A stretch of 64,000 bases of DNA from Flavobacteriaceae bacterium (GTDB taxonomy: Bacteria > Bacteroidota > Bacteroidia > Flavobacteriales > Flavobacteriaceae): NCBI GenBank assembly GCA_015494075.1, contig WGBX01000079.1:1911-65910 (forward strand). Direction: 5' to 3'. Positions 38,132 through 46,337 of the stretch are shown one piece after another. The position numbers were made by a program, and so were the translations under genes. Each line of letters opens with the position of its first letter. Position 1 is the first letter of the stretch. The notes below the pieces were generated by a model. It saw only the letters and a list, made by a program, of their open reading frames with translations, ran no database searches and was not told where the DNA came from.

Positions 38132-39832
38132 TTATTCGACCATTTTACTTTCAACAGTTTTTAATATTTCCGCTTCCTTCTGAATAGTTAAAGTTAAAAT
38201 TTCATAAGCTTTATTTAATAGCTCACGTGCTTTATCTTTATCTTTCAAACCTGCAGCATTAATTTTTACGTTAAAGTAAGCACCGTAAACGCCTGTTCTA
38301 GCAGCCAAAGCTCCAACGGCAGCATCTGTTATTGATGCCGGCAACCCTGTTTCGGCCATTGCTGCCATCACTTCCATTGAATCTAAAGCTGTTTTCATAA
38401 CTTTCAAAGGTATTTCTGTTGCATACAAAGTTGCTGCTTCAATAGCTTCTATACGATATTGTTTCTCTGCATTAGTTTTTTTGGGCAAACGAAAGGCTGA
38501 CATTATACGATTAAAAGCTTTTGTATCTTCATCAACTAAATGCATAAGTTGTTTTTTATAATCTTGTCCTTTAACTGCCCAGTCAGAATAAAAATGCCAC
38601 TTATCATCCCAACCTCTTTTGTGAGAAGATAAATTAGCAACCATTGCACCTAAAGAAACGCCAAGTGCTGCAACATAGGCAGCAATTGAACCGCCTCCGG
38701 GAGCAGGAGCTTCGGAAGCTGTCAAATTAGCAAATTCATTTAAAGTAAGATCTATCAATTTAGATGGTTCGTCCTTTTCTAGTAAATATTCTATTATCTT
38801 TTCTTCTGGTTTAAAAGGTTTTAAATCATCTGCTCCTAATGATTTGACGGCTATCAAGATTTTTTCCTGTTCGGAAATACCCAAAGAACGTTTTTGTTTG
38901 GTCAAAAAGTAATCAGCTGCATCTATTAACACCTTTTTAGGCACCAATCCTATAATTTCAGAACCGGTGACTCTTATACCTCTTTTTTCAGCTGATTTGA
39001 CTGTCTCATCAAAAACCAAGTGAACAGGAGCTGCTTTAATGTCAGTAATATTATATGAAACTTGTGCAATACCGTACTCTTCAATAAACCATCCGATACC
39101 TTTAACACCTTTAAATTTTCCCGGAATACGCACAGGTTTACCATTTTCATCTAAAACCTTTTTTCCTGTTATGGGATTACCTTCACGTTTAATTCTTCCG
39201 GCTTCCCGAATATCAAATGCTATAGCATTGGCCCGACGAGTAGAAGTGGTATTTAAATTAACATTATAAGCAACCAAAAAATCACGTGCTGAAATCGCAA
39301 TAGCTCCCGATTTTAAAACTTCATCATTTATTTTATTCGGTCCAAAATCAGGCTGCCAATCAGGATTTTGCAATTTTTCGGCCAAACCTTCATATTCTCC
39401 GGCACGCACGTTTGCCAAGTTTCGTCTTTTTTCTTCTGAAGCAGCATTTTCGTATAAATAAACCGGTATATGCAATTCTTCTCCTACACGCTTTCCGAGC
39501 TCTCTGGCATATGCTGCTACTTCATCCATACTGATATTGGCAATTGGTACCAAGGGACAAACATCTGTTGCTCCAAAACGAGGATGTTCGCCTTTATGTT
39601 GTCGCATATCAATTAATTCTTTCGCTTTTTTTATCAATCTAAAAGCTGCTTCTATAACTTGCTCAGGCTCTCCAACAAATGTAATAACAGTTCTATTAGT
39701 CGCTTTTCCCGGATCGATATCTAAAAGTTTAACACCTTCTACTGTCTCTACCTGCTTGGCTATTTCATTTATCTTAATTATATCGCGCCCTTCACTAATA
39801 TTTGGGACACATTCGATGATTCTTTTTTGCAT
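38132..39832 (-). CDS. ftcD: Bifunctional glutamate formimidoyltransferase / formimidoyl-THF cyclodeaminase
   Basis: N-terminal IECVPNISEGRD formiminotransferase signature and a C-terminal helical cyclodeaminase domain (about 200 aa). Total 566 aa. Confidence 0.9.
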   Translation of the reverse strand: MQKRIIECVPNISEGRDIIKINEIAKQVETVEGVKLLDIDPGKATNRTVITFVGEPEQVIEAAFRLIKKAKELIDMRQHKGEHPRFGATDVCPLVPIANISMDEVAAYARELGKRVGEELHIPVYLYENAASEEKRRNLANVRAGEYEGLAEKLQNPDWQPDFGPNKINDEVLKSGAIAISARDFLVAYNVNLNTTSTRRANAIAFDIREAGRIKREGNPITGKKVLDENGKPVRIPGKFKGVKGIGWFIEEYGIAQVSYNITDIKAAPVHLVFDETVKSAEKRGIRVTGSEIIGLVPKKVLIDAADYFLTKQKRSLGISEQEKILIAVKSLGADDLKPFKPEEKIIEYLLEKDEPSKLIDLTLNEFANLTASEAPAPGGGSIAAYVAALGVSLGAMVANLSSHKRGWDDKWHFYSDWAVKGQDYKKQLMHLVDEDTKAFNRIMSAFRLPKKTNAEKQYRIEAIEAATLYATEIPLKVMKTALDSMEVMAAMAETGLPASITDAAVGALAARTGVYGAYFNVKINAAGLKDKDKARELLNKAYEILTLTIQKEAEILKTVESKMVE

Positions 39833-39894
39833 AACTAATTATTTTATGGCTTAAAAATACATAAAATAAAATGAATATAAAATGAAGAAACCGG

Positions 39895-39902
39895 CAAAAA
39901 TA
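39895..39902 (-). promoter_or_regulatory. Candidate -7 promoter box (TATTTTTG) for ftcD
   Basis: TAnnTTTG on the minus strand, 62 nt upstream of ATG 39832. Confidence 0.35.
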
Positions 39903-39949
39903 AATTAGAAAAAAAAAAGAATTTTTTTTTTGAAGTTATCAAAAAGTCT

Positions 39950-39957
39950 TATATTTG
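39950..39957 (+). promoter_or_regulatory. Candidate -7 promoter box (TATATTTG) for tRNA(CAT)
   Basis: Lies within AAAAAGTCTTATATTTGC, 18 nt upstream of the mature tRNA 5' end. Nearly the same 18-mer recurs at 40081. Confidence 0.55.
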
Positions 39958-39975
39958 CAATCGCAATTTGTTGCT

Positions 39976-40050
39976 GGACCCATAGCTCAGTTGGTTAGTA
40001 GCACCTGACTCATAATCAGGGGGTCGCTGGTTCGAGCCCAGCTGGGTCCA
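39976..40050 (+). tRNA. tRNA with anticodon CAT (elongator type; Met or lysidine-modified Ile2)
   Basis: 75-nt cloverleaf. Acceptor stem GGACCCA/TGGGTCC, anticodon stem CCTGA/TCAGG, loop CTCATAA (CAT at 40011-40013), T arm GCTGG-TTCGAGC-CCAGC, discriminator A. No CCA is encoded and a T-run follows. Base pair 1-72 is paired, so this is not an initiator. Confidence 0.95.
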
Positions 40051-40090
40051 CTTTTTTTTCTAATTATTTTAACACTTTAAAAAAAGTTCT

Positions 40091-40098
40091 TATATTTG
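40091..40098 (+). promoter_or_regulatory. Candidate -7 promoter box (TATATTTG) for the 70-aa ORF
   Basis: Lies within AAAAAGTTCTTATATTTGC, 21 nt upstream of ATG 40120. It closely copies the tRNA promoter sequence. Confidence 0.5.
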
Positions 40099-40119
40099 CT
40101 GTGTTAAAATATTCACTTT

Positions 40120-40332
40120 ATGAAGTTTTCCTTAAGCATTTTTACTTTATTTGTCGCCTCTACTGCGATGGCTGCTAATAAGTTTCCACCAGCACCTCAA
40201 AGAGGCGCTCCGCCTCCTCCCGGAGTTCCAATTGATATGTACCTTTACGGTCTTTTAGCAATTGGCATTTTAATAATGATTATCTTTAAAGACAAAATCA
40301 AACTTTATAAAAATAAAAAATCGACTTTTTAA
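40120..40332 (+). CDS. Small secreted/anchored protein: signal peptide, Pro-rich spacer and PID-TM-basic C-terminal tail
   Basis: MKFSLSIFTLFVASTAMA|ANKFPPAPQRGAPPPPGV-PID-MYLYGLLAIGILIMIIF-KDKIKLYKNKK. It has its own consensus promoter and a terminator hairpin at its 3' end. Confidence 0.55.
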   Translation: MKFSLSIFTLFVASTAMAANKFPPAPQRGAPPPPGVPIDMYLYGLLAIGILIMIIFKDKIKLYKNKKSTF

Positions 40333-40344
40333 GATCGATTTTTT
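40315..40344. terminator. Bidirectional A/U-rich hairpin spanning the overlapping stop codons of the 70-aa ORF and pgi
   Basis: AAAAAATCGA-CTTTTTAAGA-TCGATTTTTT. The loop contains both stop codons (40329-40332). Confidence 0.4.
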
Positions 40345-41933
40345 TTCACTTTTATTCTTTCGATTAATGTTTGAGTAGAAAGGTCATGAGTTGGTTTTAA
40401 TTGGACTGATTTTAAATCTGTTAAAACATTCTTTGCCAGCTTCTTGCCAAGTTCTACTCCAAATTGATCAAAGGCATTTATTTGCCATAGCCAAGCTTCA
40501 ACAAAAGTTTTATGTTCATAATATGCTAGTAAACTTCCTAATGTTTCGGGTGTAATATTATCTAATAATATCGTGGTTGAAGGTCGGTTACCTTCAAAGT
40601 TTTTATAAGGTATATCATTTTTTTCACCGGTCATTAATGCTTCTGCTTGTGCAAGCATATTTGCTAATAAAATTAAATGATGATCGGGAAATTTAGTTGT
40701 TTTATTTGTTTTTTCAGCAATGAAAGTTACAGGAACTATTTTAGTACCTTGATGAAGTAATTGAAAAAATGAATGCTGCGCATTAGTACCCACATTGCCC
40801 CACACGATGTTACCTGTTTGCCAAAAAACCTTTTTTTCGGACAGACTTGTAGATTTACCATTACTTTCCATTATTAATTGCTGTAAGAAATCAGGTAAAA
40901 ACTTGAGTTTATCGGCATAAGGAATATAAGCTTCTGTTTCATATTGACACAGATTATTATATATAATTGTTAAAAATGCAGCCAAAATAGGGATATTTGA
41001 AAGGATTTCGGTATTTTTAAAATGTTGATCCATTTCATAAGCCCCTTTTTTTAAATATGCATAATTATCATACCCAACGCCGAAAGCAATTGCGATGCCT
41101 GCCGGACTCCATAATGAATAGCGTCCTCCTACCCAATCCCACATTGGAAAAATATTATCAGGATGTATTCCAAATTCTTTTGCTTTACTTATTTGAGTAC
41201 TAACTGTGGCAAAATGTTTAGCAATACTTTCTTTTCCATATTTTTGGATATAAATTTGTTGTAATGCTTTAGCATTAGTTAAAGTTTCTTGTGTAGAAAA
41301 TGATTTGGATACAACTAAAAATAATGTTGATTCCAAATCGATATTTTGCAAAAGACGATCGAGCTCAAAAGGATCAATATTTGAAATAAATTTAAGTTTA
41401 AGTGGTGTCCGAAACTCTGTTAATGCTTCTATTACCATTTTAGGTCCCAAGTCAGAACCACCAATACCAATATTTACGACATTAGTAATAGGCTTGCCGG
41501 TTATTCCTTTCCATTGACCACTGAGTACAGCATCAACAAAATTTTTAATTTTTAGGTCGGTTTTCTTGATAAGCGGAATCACATTTTCACCCTTAACTTT
41601 TACCGGTACTTCATTTTGTTGTCTTAAAGCTGTATGTAAAACTGCACGTTGCTCTGTTTTGTTGATCAATTCACCGGAAAACATAGCTTTAACAGCTTTA
41701 TCAATTTCCATATCTTGTGCAAAATGTATAAATAAATCATGTAACTGATGATCTATTCGGTGCTTGGAAAAGTCAAAATAAATGTGGTTAAAATCTTTGG
41801 TAAATCGTTCTAAATGTTGTGTAGTTATAAATGATTTTAAAGGTTGGTCTTTTATTTGTCTAAAATATTTTTCAATGCTTTTCCAGCTATCTAATTGTGT
41901 AGGAATCATTTCTTGGTTTTTAAATTCGTTCAA
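40329..41933 (-). CDS. pgi: Glucose-6-phosphate isomerase
   Basis: PGI family motifs IGIGGSDLGP, VSKSFSTQET and GVELGK. 534 aa. Confidence 0.95.
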   Translation of the reverse strand: MNEFKNQEMIPTQLDSWKSIEKYFRQIKDQPLKSFITTQHLERFTKDFNHIYFDFSKHRIDHQLHDLFIHFAQDMEIDKAVKAMFSGELINKTEQRAVLHTALRQQNEVPVKVKGENVIPLIKKTDLKIKNFVDAVLSGQWKGITGKPITNVVNIGIGGSDLGPKMVIEALTEFRTPLKLKFISNIDPFELDRLLQNIDLESTLFLVVSKSFSTQETLTNAKALQQIYIQKYGKESIAKHFATVSTQISKAKEFGIHPDNIFPMWDWVGGRYSLWSPAGIAIAFGVGYDNYAYLKKGAYEMDQHFKNTEILSNIPILAAFLTIIYNNLCQYETEAYIPYADKLKFLPDFLQQLIMESNGKSTSLSEKKVFWQTGNIVWGNVGTNAQHSFFQLLHQGTKIVPVTFIAEKTNKTTKFPDHHLILLANMLAQAEALMTGEKNDIPYKNFEGNRPSTTILLDNITPETLGSLLAYYEHKTFVEAWLWQINAFDQFGVELGKKLAKNVLTDLKSVQLKPTHDLSTQTLIERIKVKKNRS

Positions 41934-43224
41934 TTTTAGCTCCTAATTTGTTTAACTTTTCATCTATAGCTTCATAACCTCTATCTATTTGTTCAATGTT
42001 ATGAATAATACTTTTGCCATTAGCAGCTAAAGCTGCAATAAGTAAAGAAACTCCGGCTCTAATATCAGGAGACGTCATAGTGGTTGGGCGCAATGCATTT
42101 TTGTGGTTTAAGCCTATTACAGTGGCTCTATGCGGATCATTTAAAATAATTTGCGCTCCCATATCAATCAATTTATCGACAAAAAACAAGCGGCTTTCAA
42201 ACATTTTTTGATGAATTAGTACAACACCCTGGGCTTGAATAGCTGTAACTAAAACAATACTTAACAAATCAGGTGTAAAACCTGGCCAAGGGGCGTCGGC
42301 AACTGTTAAAATAGAACCATCCATAAAAGTTTGAATCGTGTAATGCTCTTGTGGCGGAATGTAGATATCATCATCACGGCGTTCTAATTTGATGCCTAAT
42401 TTTTTAAAAACCCGTGGTATTTGCCCTAAATTCTCCCAACTGACATTTTTAATTGTAATTTCAGACTTTGTAATGGCAGCCATTCCTATCCAACTGCCAA
42501 TTTCTATCATATCGGGCAATATACGATGCGTTGTACCTGAGAGCTTTTCTACACCCTGAATGGTCAGTAAATTAGAACCAATACCGGAAATTTTAGCTCC
42601 CATGCGATTTAGCATTTTACTTAGCTGCTGAATATATGGTTCACAAGCTGCATTATAAATTGTTGTGGTACCTTTGGCTAAAACAGCTGCTAATAAAATA
42701 TTGGCTGTACCTGTAACTGACGCTTCATCTAAAAGTAAGCTGGCGCCTTTTAATTGGTCTGCATATACTTTAAAAAAATGTTTATCCTCATCAATATCTA
42801 ATGCCGCTCCTAATTTAATGAAGCCTTCAAAATGTGTATCTAAACGTCTACGGCCAATTTTGTCACCTCCCGGCTTGGTCATGTATGCCTGGCCAAAACG
42901 TGCCAATAATGGTCCCATAATCATAATGGAACCTCTCAAACCGCCGCCTTTATTTTTAAATTCGTCAGATTGCAAATAATCTAAATTCAGATCATCAGCT
43001 TGAAAAGTAAAAGTTCCTTTAGCCTTTTTTTTAATTTTAACGCCTAAATTTCTGAGAATATCAATAAGTTTATTAACATCAATAATATCAGGAATATTGG
43101 AAATTTCGACTTCCTCGTCAGTTAATAAAACGGCACTAATTATTTGCAAAGCTTCATTTTTAGCTCCTTGTGGCGTAATAGCTCCTTTAAGTTTATGACC
43201 GCCTTCAATGATAAATGTCCCCAT
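41920..43224 (-). CDS. murA: UDP-N-acetylglucosamine 1-carboxyvinyltransferase
   Basis: FIIEGGHKLKGAITPQGAKNEAL N-terminus and the KPGGDKIGRRRLDTH loop. This loop carries Asp where many MurA proteins have the fosfomycin-target Cys. 434 aa. Confidence 0.95.
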   Translation of the reverse strand: MGTFIIEGGHKLKGAITPQGAKNEALQIISAVLLTDEEVEISNIPDIIDVNKLIDILRNLGVKIKKKAKGTFTFQADDLNLDYLQSDEFKNKGGGLRGSIMIMGPLLARFGQAYMTKPGGDKIGRRRLDTHFEGFIKLGAALDIDEDKHFFKVYADQLKGASLLLDEASVTGTANILLAAVLAKGTTTIYNAACEPYIQQLSKMLNRMGAKISGIGSNLLTIQGVEKLSGTTHRILPDMIEIGSWIGMAAITKSEITIKNVSWENLGQIPRVFKKLGIKLERRDDDIYIPPQEHYTIQTFMDGSILTVADAPWPGFTPDLLSIVLVTAIQAQGVVLIHQKMFESRLFFVDKLIDMGAQIILNDPHRATVIGLNHKNALRPTTMTSPDIRAGVSLLIAALAANGKSIIHNIEQIDRGYEAIDEKLNKLGAKIERI

Positions 43225-43856
43225 TAATTACGTTTTTTTCTGTAATTTTTTTGTTTATAGTGGTTGTTATTTTTTCGTTTTTTTACCAGTTGACTGGCTT
43301 CCCGAAGTTCATTTTCACTAGCTTTTAAATCAATTTTACCTTCTGATAAAATTCGTAAATGTTCAAAAATTACTTGATCACTTACCGAGTCTTTATTCCA
43401 GGTTAAATAATTTTTTTTCATATGGTTGGCAATCGTTTGTATCAAACGATCTTTCAATTCGCCATCTTCCCATTTTACGGCTTCATCTATCATTTTTTTA
43501 ATAATATGGCCATAAAAACGAAACTGATAACCTTTTTTTGGATAGGGTAATTTTTCGGGCTTGGCTTTAAGTTTTTCAGGACTTGGCTTTGGAAATGGCG
43601 CATCAACATCTAAATCAAAATTAGCCATAATAAATAAATGGTCCCATAATTTATGTTGAAAATCCGGGACATCTCGTAAGTGAGGATTTTGTTTTCCCAA
43701 TAATTTGATAATTGCTAATGCATTTTTATTGCGCTTATCACGGTCTTCAATAGTTTTCAAATAATCAACCATTTCATGAATATAACGACCGTATTCCGGT
43801 ATAATCAAAGCGTCTCTATCTGTGTTATAAATGTATTTTTTTTCGTCTAAACTCAT
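43224..43856 (-). CDS. DUF4290 domain-containing protein
   Basis: About 210 aa. IIPEYGRYIHEMVDY ... resembles DUF4290, which I recall lying upstream of murA in Bacteroidota. The stop overlaps the murA start by 1 nt. Confidence 0.55.
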   Translation of the reverse strand: MSLDEKKYIYNTDRDALIIPEYGRYIHEMVDYLKTIEDRDKRNKNALAIIKLLGKQNPHLRDVPDFQHKLWDHLFIMANFDLDVDAPFPKPSPEKLKAKPEKLPYPKKGYQFRFYGHIIKKMIDEAVKWEDGELKDRLIQTIANHMKKNYLTWNKDSVSDQVIFEHLRILSEGKIDLKASENELREASQLVKKRKNNNHYKQKNYRKKRN

Positions 43857-43867
43857 ATTTTAATATT

Positions 43868-44191
43868 TTATAGAGCAACTAATCCATCAATATCTTCCAT
43901 TGATTTATATCGATTAATTACCGCATCTGGATTATTTTCTTCTGTAACTACTGTAATACTGACATATTTTCCTGTTTTAGAGTAGTTCTTTTTTAAATCT
44001 TTTGGTTTATCGGCAAAACGAGCTGCTATTTTCTCCACATTAGCTTCCTCATTTGGCACAATAAATTTATACATATAAGTTGTAGGCCAATCATTATTTT
44101 TATCAAGTTCTTCTTTCAAACGCTCATAAAAAGCAGTTTTTTTGGCCCTTTGATCTTTCTTTTCTTGTTCGTTAGATGCTTTTTTACTCAT
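43868..44191 (-). CDS. DUF493/YbeD-like small protein
   Basis: WPTTYMYKFIVPNEE...YVSITVV resembles the YbeD fold family. The start is set at ATG 44191 because a -7 box lies in the longer ORF extension. Confidence 0.45.
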   Translation of the reverse strand: MSKKASNEQEKKDQRAKKTAFYERLKEELDKNNDWPTTYMYKFIVPNEEANVEKIAARFADKPKDLKKNYSKTGKYVSITVVTEENNPDAVINRYKSMEDIDGLVAL

Positions 44192-44213
44192 AATAACATT
44201 CACTAAATATATA

Positions 44214-44221
44214 CAAATATA
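44214..44221 (-). promoter_or_regulatory. Candidate -7 promoter box (TATATTTG) for the DUF493-DUF4290-murA-pgi operon
   Basis: Exact TAnnTTTG on the minus strand, 22 nt upstream of ATG 44191. Confidence 0.5.
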
Positions 44222-44293
44222 CAAATAAATATTGAGGCTTAATCATAGCTCAAAAGCATTTAAATAAAGATTTTGTAAGATTAATTATTGATC

Positions 44294-44941
44294 TTAACTA
44301 CCTAAACGGTCAATCTGCCATTGGTAATCTTTTTGTAAAGTATACCTAATCCGATCATGGAGACGATTAGGCCGTCCTTGCCAAAATTCTATTTCTACGG
44401 GCTTTACAATATAGCCGCCCCAATGTGGTGGCCTAGGTATTTCCTGACCCTCAAATTGTTTCTCATATTGTTTATAGCGTTCTTCTAAAAACTTTTTTCC
44501 CGGTATTACTTGACTTTGCGGTGATGCCCAAGCGCCAATTTGGCTCCCTCTTGGGCGCATTTCAAAGTATCCGTCTGATAAATTTTCGGGTAATTTTTCG
44601 GCAATTCCTTTTATAATTATTTGACGCTCTAATTTAGGCCAAAAAAAAGCCAACGACACATATGGATTTTGGGTTATAGCGCGCCCTTTTTCACTTTCAT
44701 AATTGGTATAAAAAACAAATCCTTCCCAAGTAAATTTCTTTAATAAGACCACCCGTATTCGCGGAAAACCATCTAAGCCGTTAGTTGCCAAGCTCATGGC
44801 ATTAACTTCAATACAATCTTCATTTTGTTGGGCTTCATAAAACCAGTCACGAAACATTTCTATGGGATTTTCAGGTATATTTGTTTCATCTAGATGTCCC
44901 TTTTGATATACCCGGCGATAATTACTCAAATCTTCTTGCAT
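44294..44941 (-). CDS. pdxH: Pyridoxamine 5'-phosphate oxidase
   Basis: RVVLLK...FYTNYES.KG and the C-terminal IEFWQGRPNRLHDR signature. Confidence 0.95.
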   Translation of the reverse strand: MQEDLSNYRRVYQKGHLDETNIPENPIEMFRDWFYEAQQNEDCIEVNAMSLATNGLDGFPRIRVVLLKKFTWEGFVFYTNYESEKGRAITQNPYVSLAFFWPKLERQIIIKGIAEKLPENLSDGYFEMRPRGSQIGAWASPQSQVIPGKKFLEERYKQYEKQFEGQEIPRPPHWGGYIVKPVEIEFWQGRPNRLHDRIRYTLQKDYQWQIDRLGS

Positions 44942-44960
44942 AAAGCATAATATTAAAATT

Positions 44961-44968
44961 CAAAGGTA
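44961..44968 (-). promoter_or_regulatory. Candidate -7 promoter box (TACCTTTG) for pdxH
   Basis: TAnnTTTG on the minus strand, 19 nt upstream of ATG 44941. Confidence 0.45.
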
Positions 44969-45052
44969 AGAAATTATAAAATATTATAGCTAACAGAGAT
45001 TTGTCAGGAGACTTAAAAAAAGATTTAATATTTTTATAAAAAAAAATTATTT

Positions 45053-45520
45053 ATGCTTTCAAACGCATCTAAATATGCTATTCGTTCTATTTTATTTCTA
45101 GCTGAAAACAGCTCAAACAATCGTAAATTCGGAGCTAAAGATATTGCAAACGAGCTCGAAATTCCTTTATCTTTTATGGCTAAGATTTTACAAAAAATGG
45201 CAAAATCAGGAATTATCTCTTCTGCCAAAGGCCCCGGAGGCGGATTTTACACTTCACGGGAAAACTTACAAAATAATGTAGAGAAAATTTTAAATATTAT
45301 GGAGCATGTTAATGTTTTTGAAGGATGTTTTTTAGGTTTGCCAAGATGTAGTGATGAAAATCCATGTCCTGTACATCACATTGTTGCGCCATTTAAGAAA
45401 GCTTTAATGGAGAAGTTTAAGAAACAAAGTATAGCTGAGTTTGCCCTTGAAATCAAACTTAACGGCTCTTATTTATCATTAAAAGGCATAGATCTTAAAA
45501 GTAAAGATCTTTTAAAATAA
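45053..45520 (+). CDS. Rrf2 family transcriptional regulator (three-Cys, probable Fe-S type)
   Basis: The N-terminus MLSNASKYAIRSILFLA with a winged HTH is typical of Rrf2. The Cys cluster is CFLGLPRCSDENPC (C-x7-C-x5-C). Confidence 0.85.
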   Translation: MLSNASKYAIRSILFLAENSSNNRKFGAKDIANELEIPLSFMAKILQKMAKSGIISSAKGPGGGFYTSRENLQNNVEKILNIMEHVNVFEGCFLGLPRCSDENPCPVHHIVAPFKKALMEKFKKQSIAEFALEIKLNGSYLSLKGIDLKSKDLLK

Positions 45521-45524
45521 GTAA

Positions 45525-46337
45525 TTACCAACTGCCGCTCGCACCGCCACCACCGAAGCCGCCACCGCCGAAGCCGCCACTAAATCCACCACCGCCCCAA
45601 GAGCTGCCGCCACCACTCCAAGAGCTGCGACCGCCACTTGAAAAGATAATAGGACCGCCTCCGGATCGCCAACCACCAGAATTTTGATCGCCGGCCCCTC
45701 TTGAAACCAGGATAAAAAATATAATTATAAATATGATAATTATCCAAATTGGTATACCTTCTTTTTCAGGTTTTAAATTATTCTGATAAGCTCCGTCTAA
45801 AACTTTAATAATATCATCAACAGCTTTGTTTAAACCTTCAAAATATTGTTCCTTCTTAAAATAAGGAATAATATCACGAGTAATAATTCTTTTAGATAAA
45901 GCATCTGTTAACCGGTCTTCGAGCCCATAACCTGTACGAATAGTTATTTTATGATCATCTTTTGAAATCAGTATTAACAAGCCATTATCTTGCCCTTGCT
46001 GTCCTATGCCCCATTTGTGTGCCCATTCGGTACCATAAAGTGCAATATCATCATTAACTTTATGTACTGTGGCAATCACTATTTGGGTAGATGTGGAGTC
46101 ATAATATTTGCTTAATTTTTGCTCTAACATCCGTCGTTGTTGCGGTGATAAGAGTTGAGCGTAATCATAAACAGAATGTGTCTTTTGAACAGATAGTGAA
46201 GGTTTGGCTGGCAAACCGTCAGCTTCTATTTTTAAGGGCGGTATATCGTTTTCTACACCACTCTGAGCTAAAAACTGGTTAGGTAAAAAATAAAAAAGTA
46301 AACTGAATAAAAGGCTTAAAAAATACTTCACACGCAT
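45525..46337 (-). CDS. TPM domain protein (YgcG-like) with TM helix and Gly-rich C-terminal tail
   Basis: Signal peptide, TPM domain (TSTQIVIATV...NGLLILISKDDHKITIRTGYG), a TM segment (IWIIIIFIIIFFILV) and the tail GGGSSWGGGGFSGGFGGGGFGGGGASGSW. Confidence 0.75.
   Translation of the reverse strand: MRVKYFLSLLFSLLFYFLPNQFLAQSGVENDIPPLKIEADGLPAKPSLSVQKTHSVYDYAQLLSPQQRRMLEQKLSKYYDSTSTQIVIATVHKVNDDIALYGTEWAHKWGIGQQGQDNGLLILISKDDHKITIRTGYGLEDRLTDALSKRIITRDIIPYFKKEQYFEGLNKAVDDIIKVLDGAYQNNLKPEKEGIPIWIIIIFIIIFFILVSRGAGDQNSGGWRSGGGPIIFSSGGRSSWSGGGSSWGGGGFSGGFGGGGFGGGGASGSW

Noticed and set aside
38132-39832. ftcD as part of a histidine-utilisation (hut) locus.
   Set aside because: No hutH, hutU or hutI genes are adjacent. 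The gene is monocistronic, lying between a terminator and its own promoter.
39909-39931. A10-GAA-T10 palindrome between the ftcD and tRNA promoters.
   Set aside because: It is a pure A/T hairpin with negligible stability. It is most simply AT-rich spacer or UP-element-like DNA between divergent promoters.
39976-40344. tRNA gene as an integration site, with the 70-aa ORF as the edge of an island.
   Set aside because: No integrase is present. I could find no direct repeat of the tRNA 3' end downstream. The next genes (pgi, murA) are core genes.
45034-45228. 64-aa minus-strand ORF overlapping the start of the Rrf2 gene.
   Set aside because: It is antisense to a clearly conserved Rrf2 N-terminus (SKYAIRSILFLA) and has no promoter or family resemblance.
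45528-45620. Locally GC-rich, quasi-repetitive tract (gccgccaccaccgaagccgccaccgccgaagcc...) as a possible repeat element or foreign insert.
   Set aside because: It is in frame and encodes the Gly-rich C-terminal tail typical of YgcG-type TPM proteins, so it is coding low complexity. The GGT/GGC-rich stretch at about 1078-1190 is likewise the DnaJ G/F linker.
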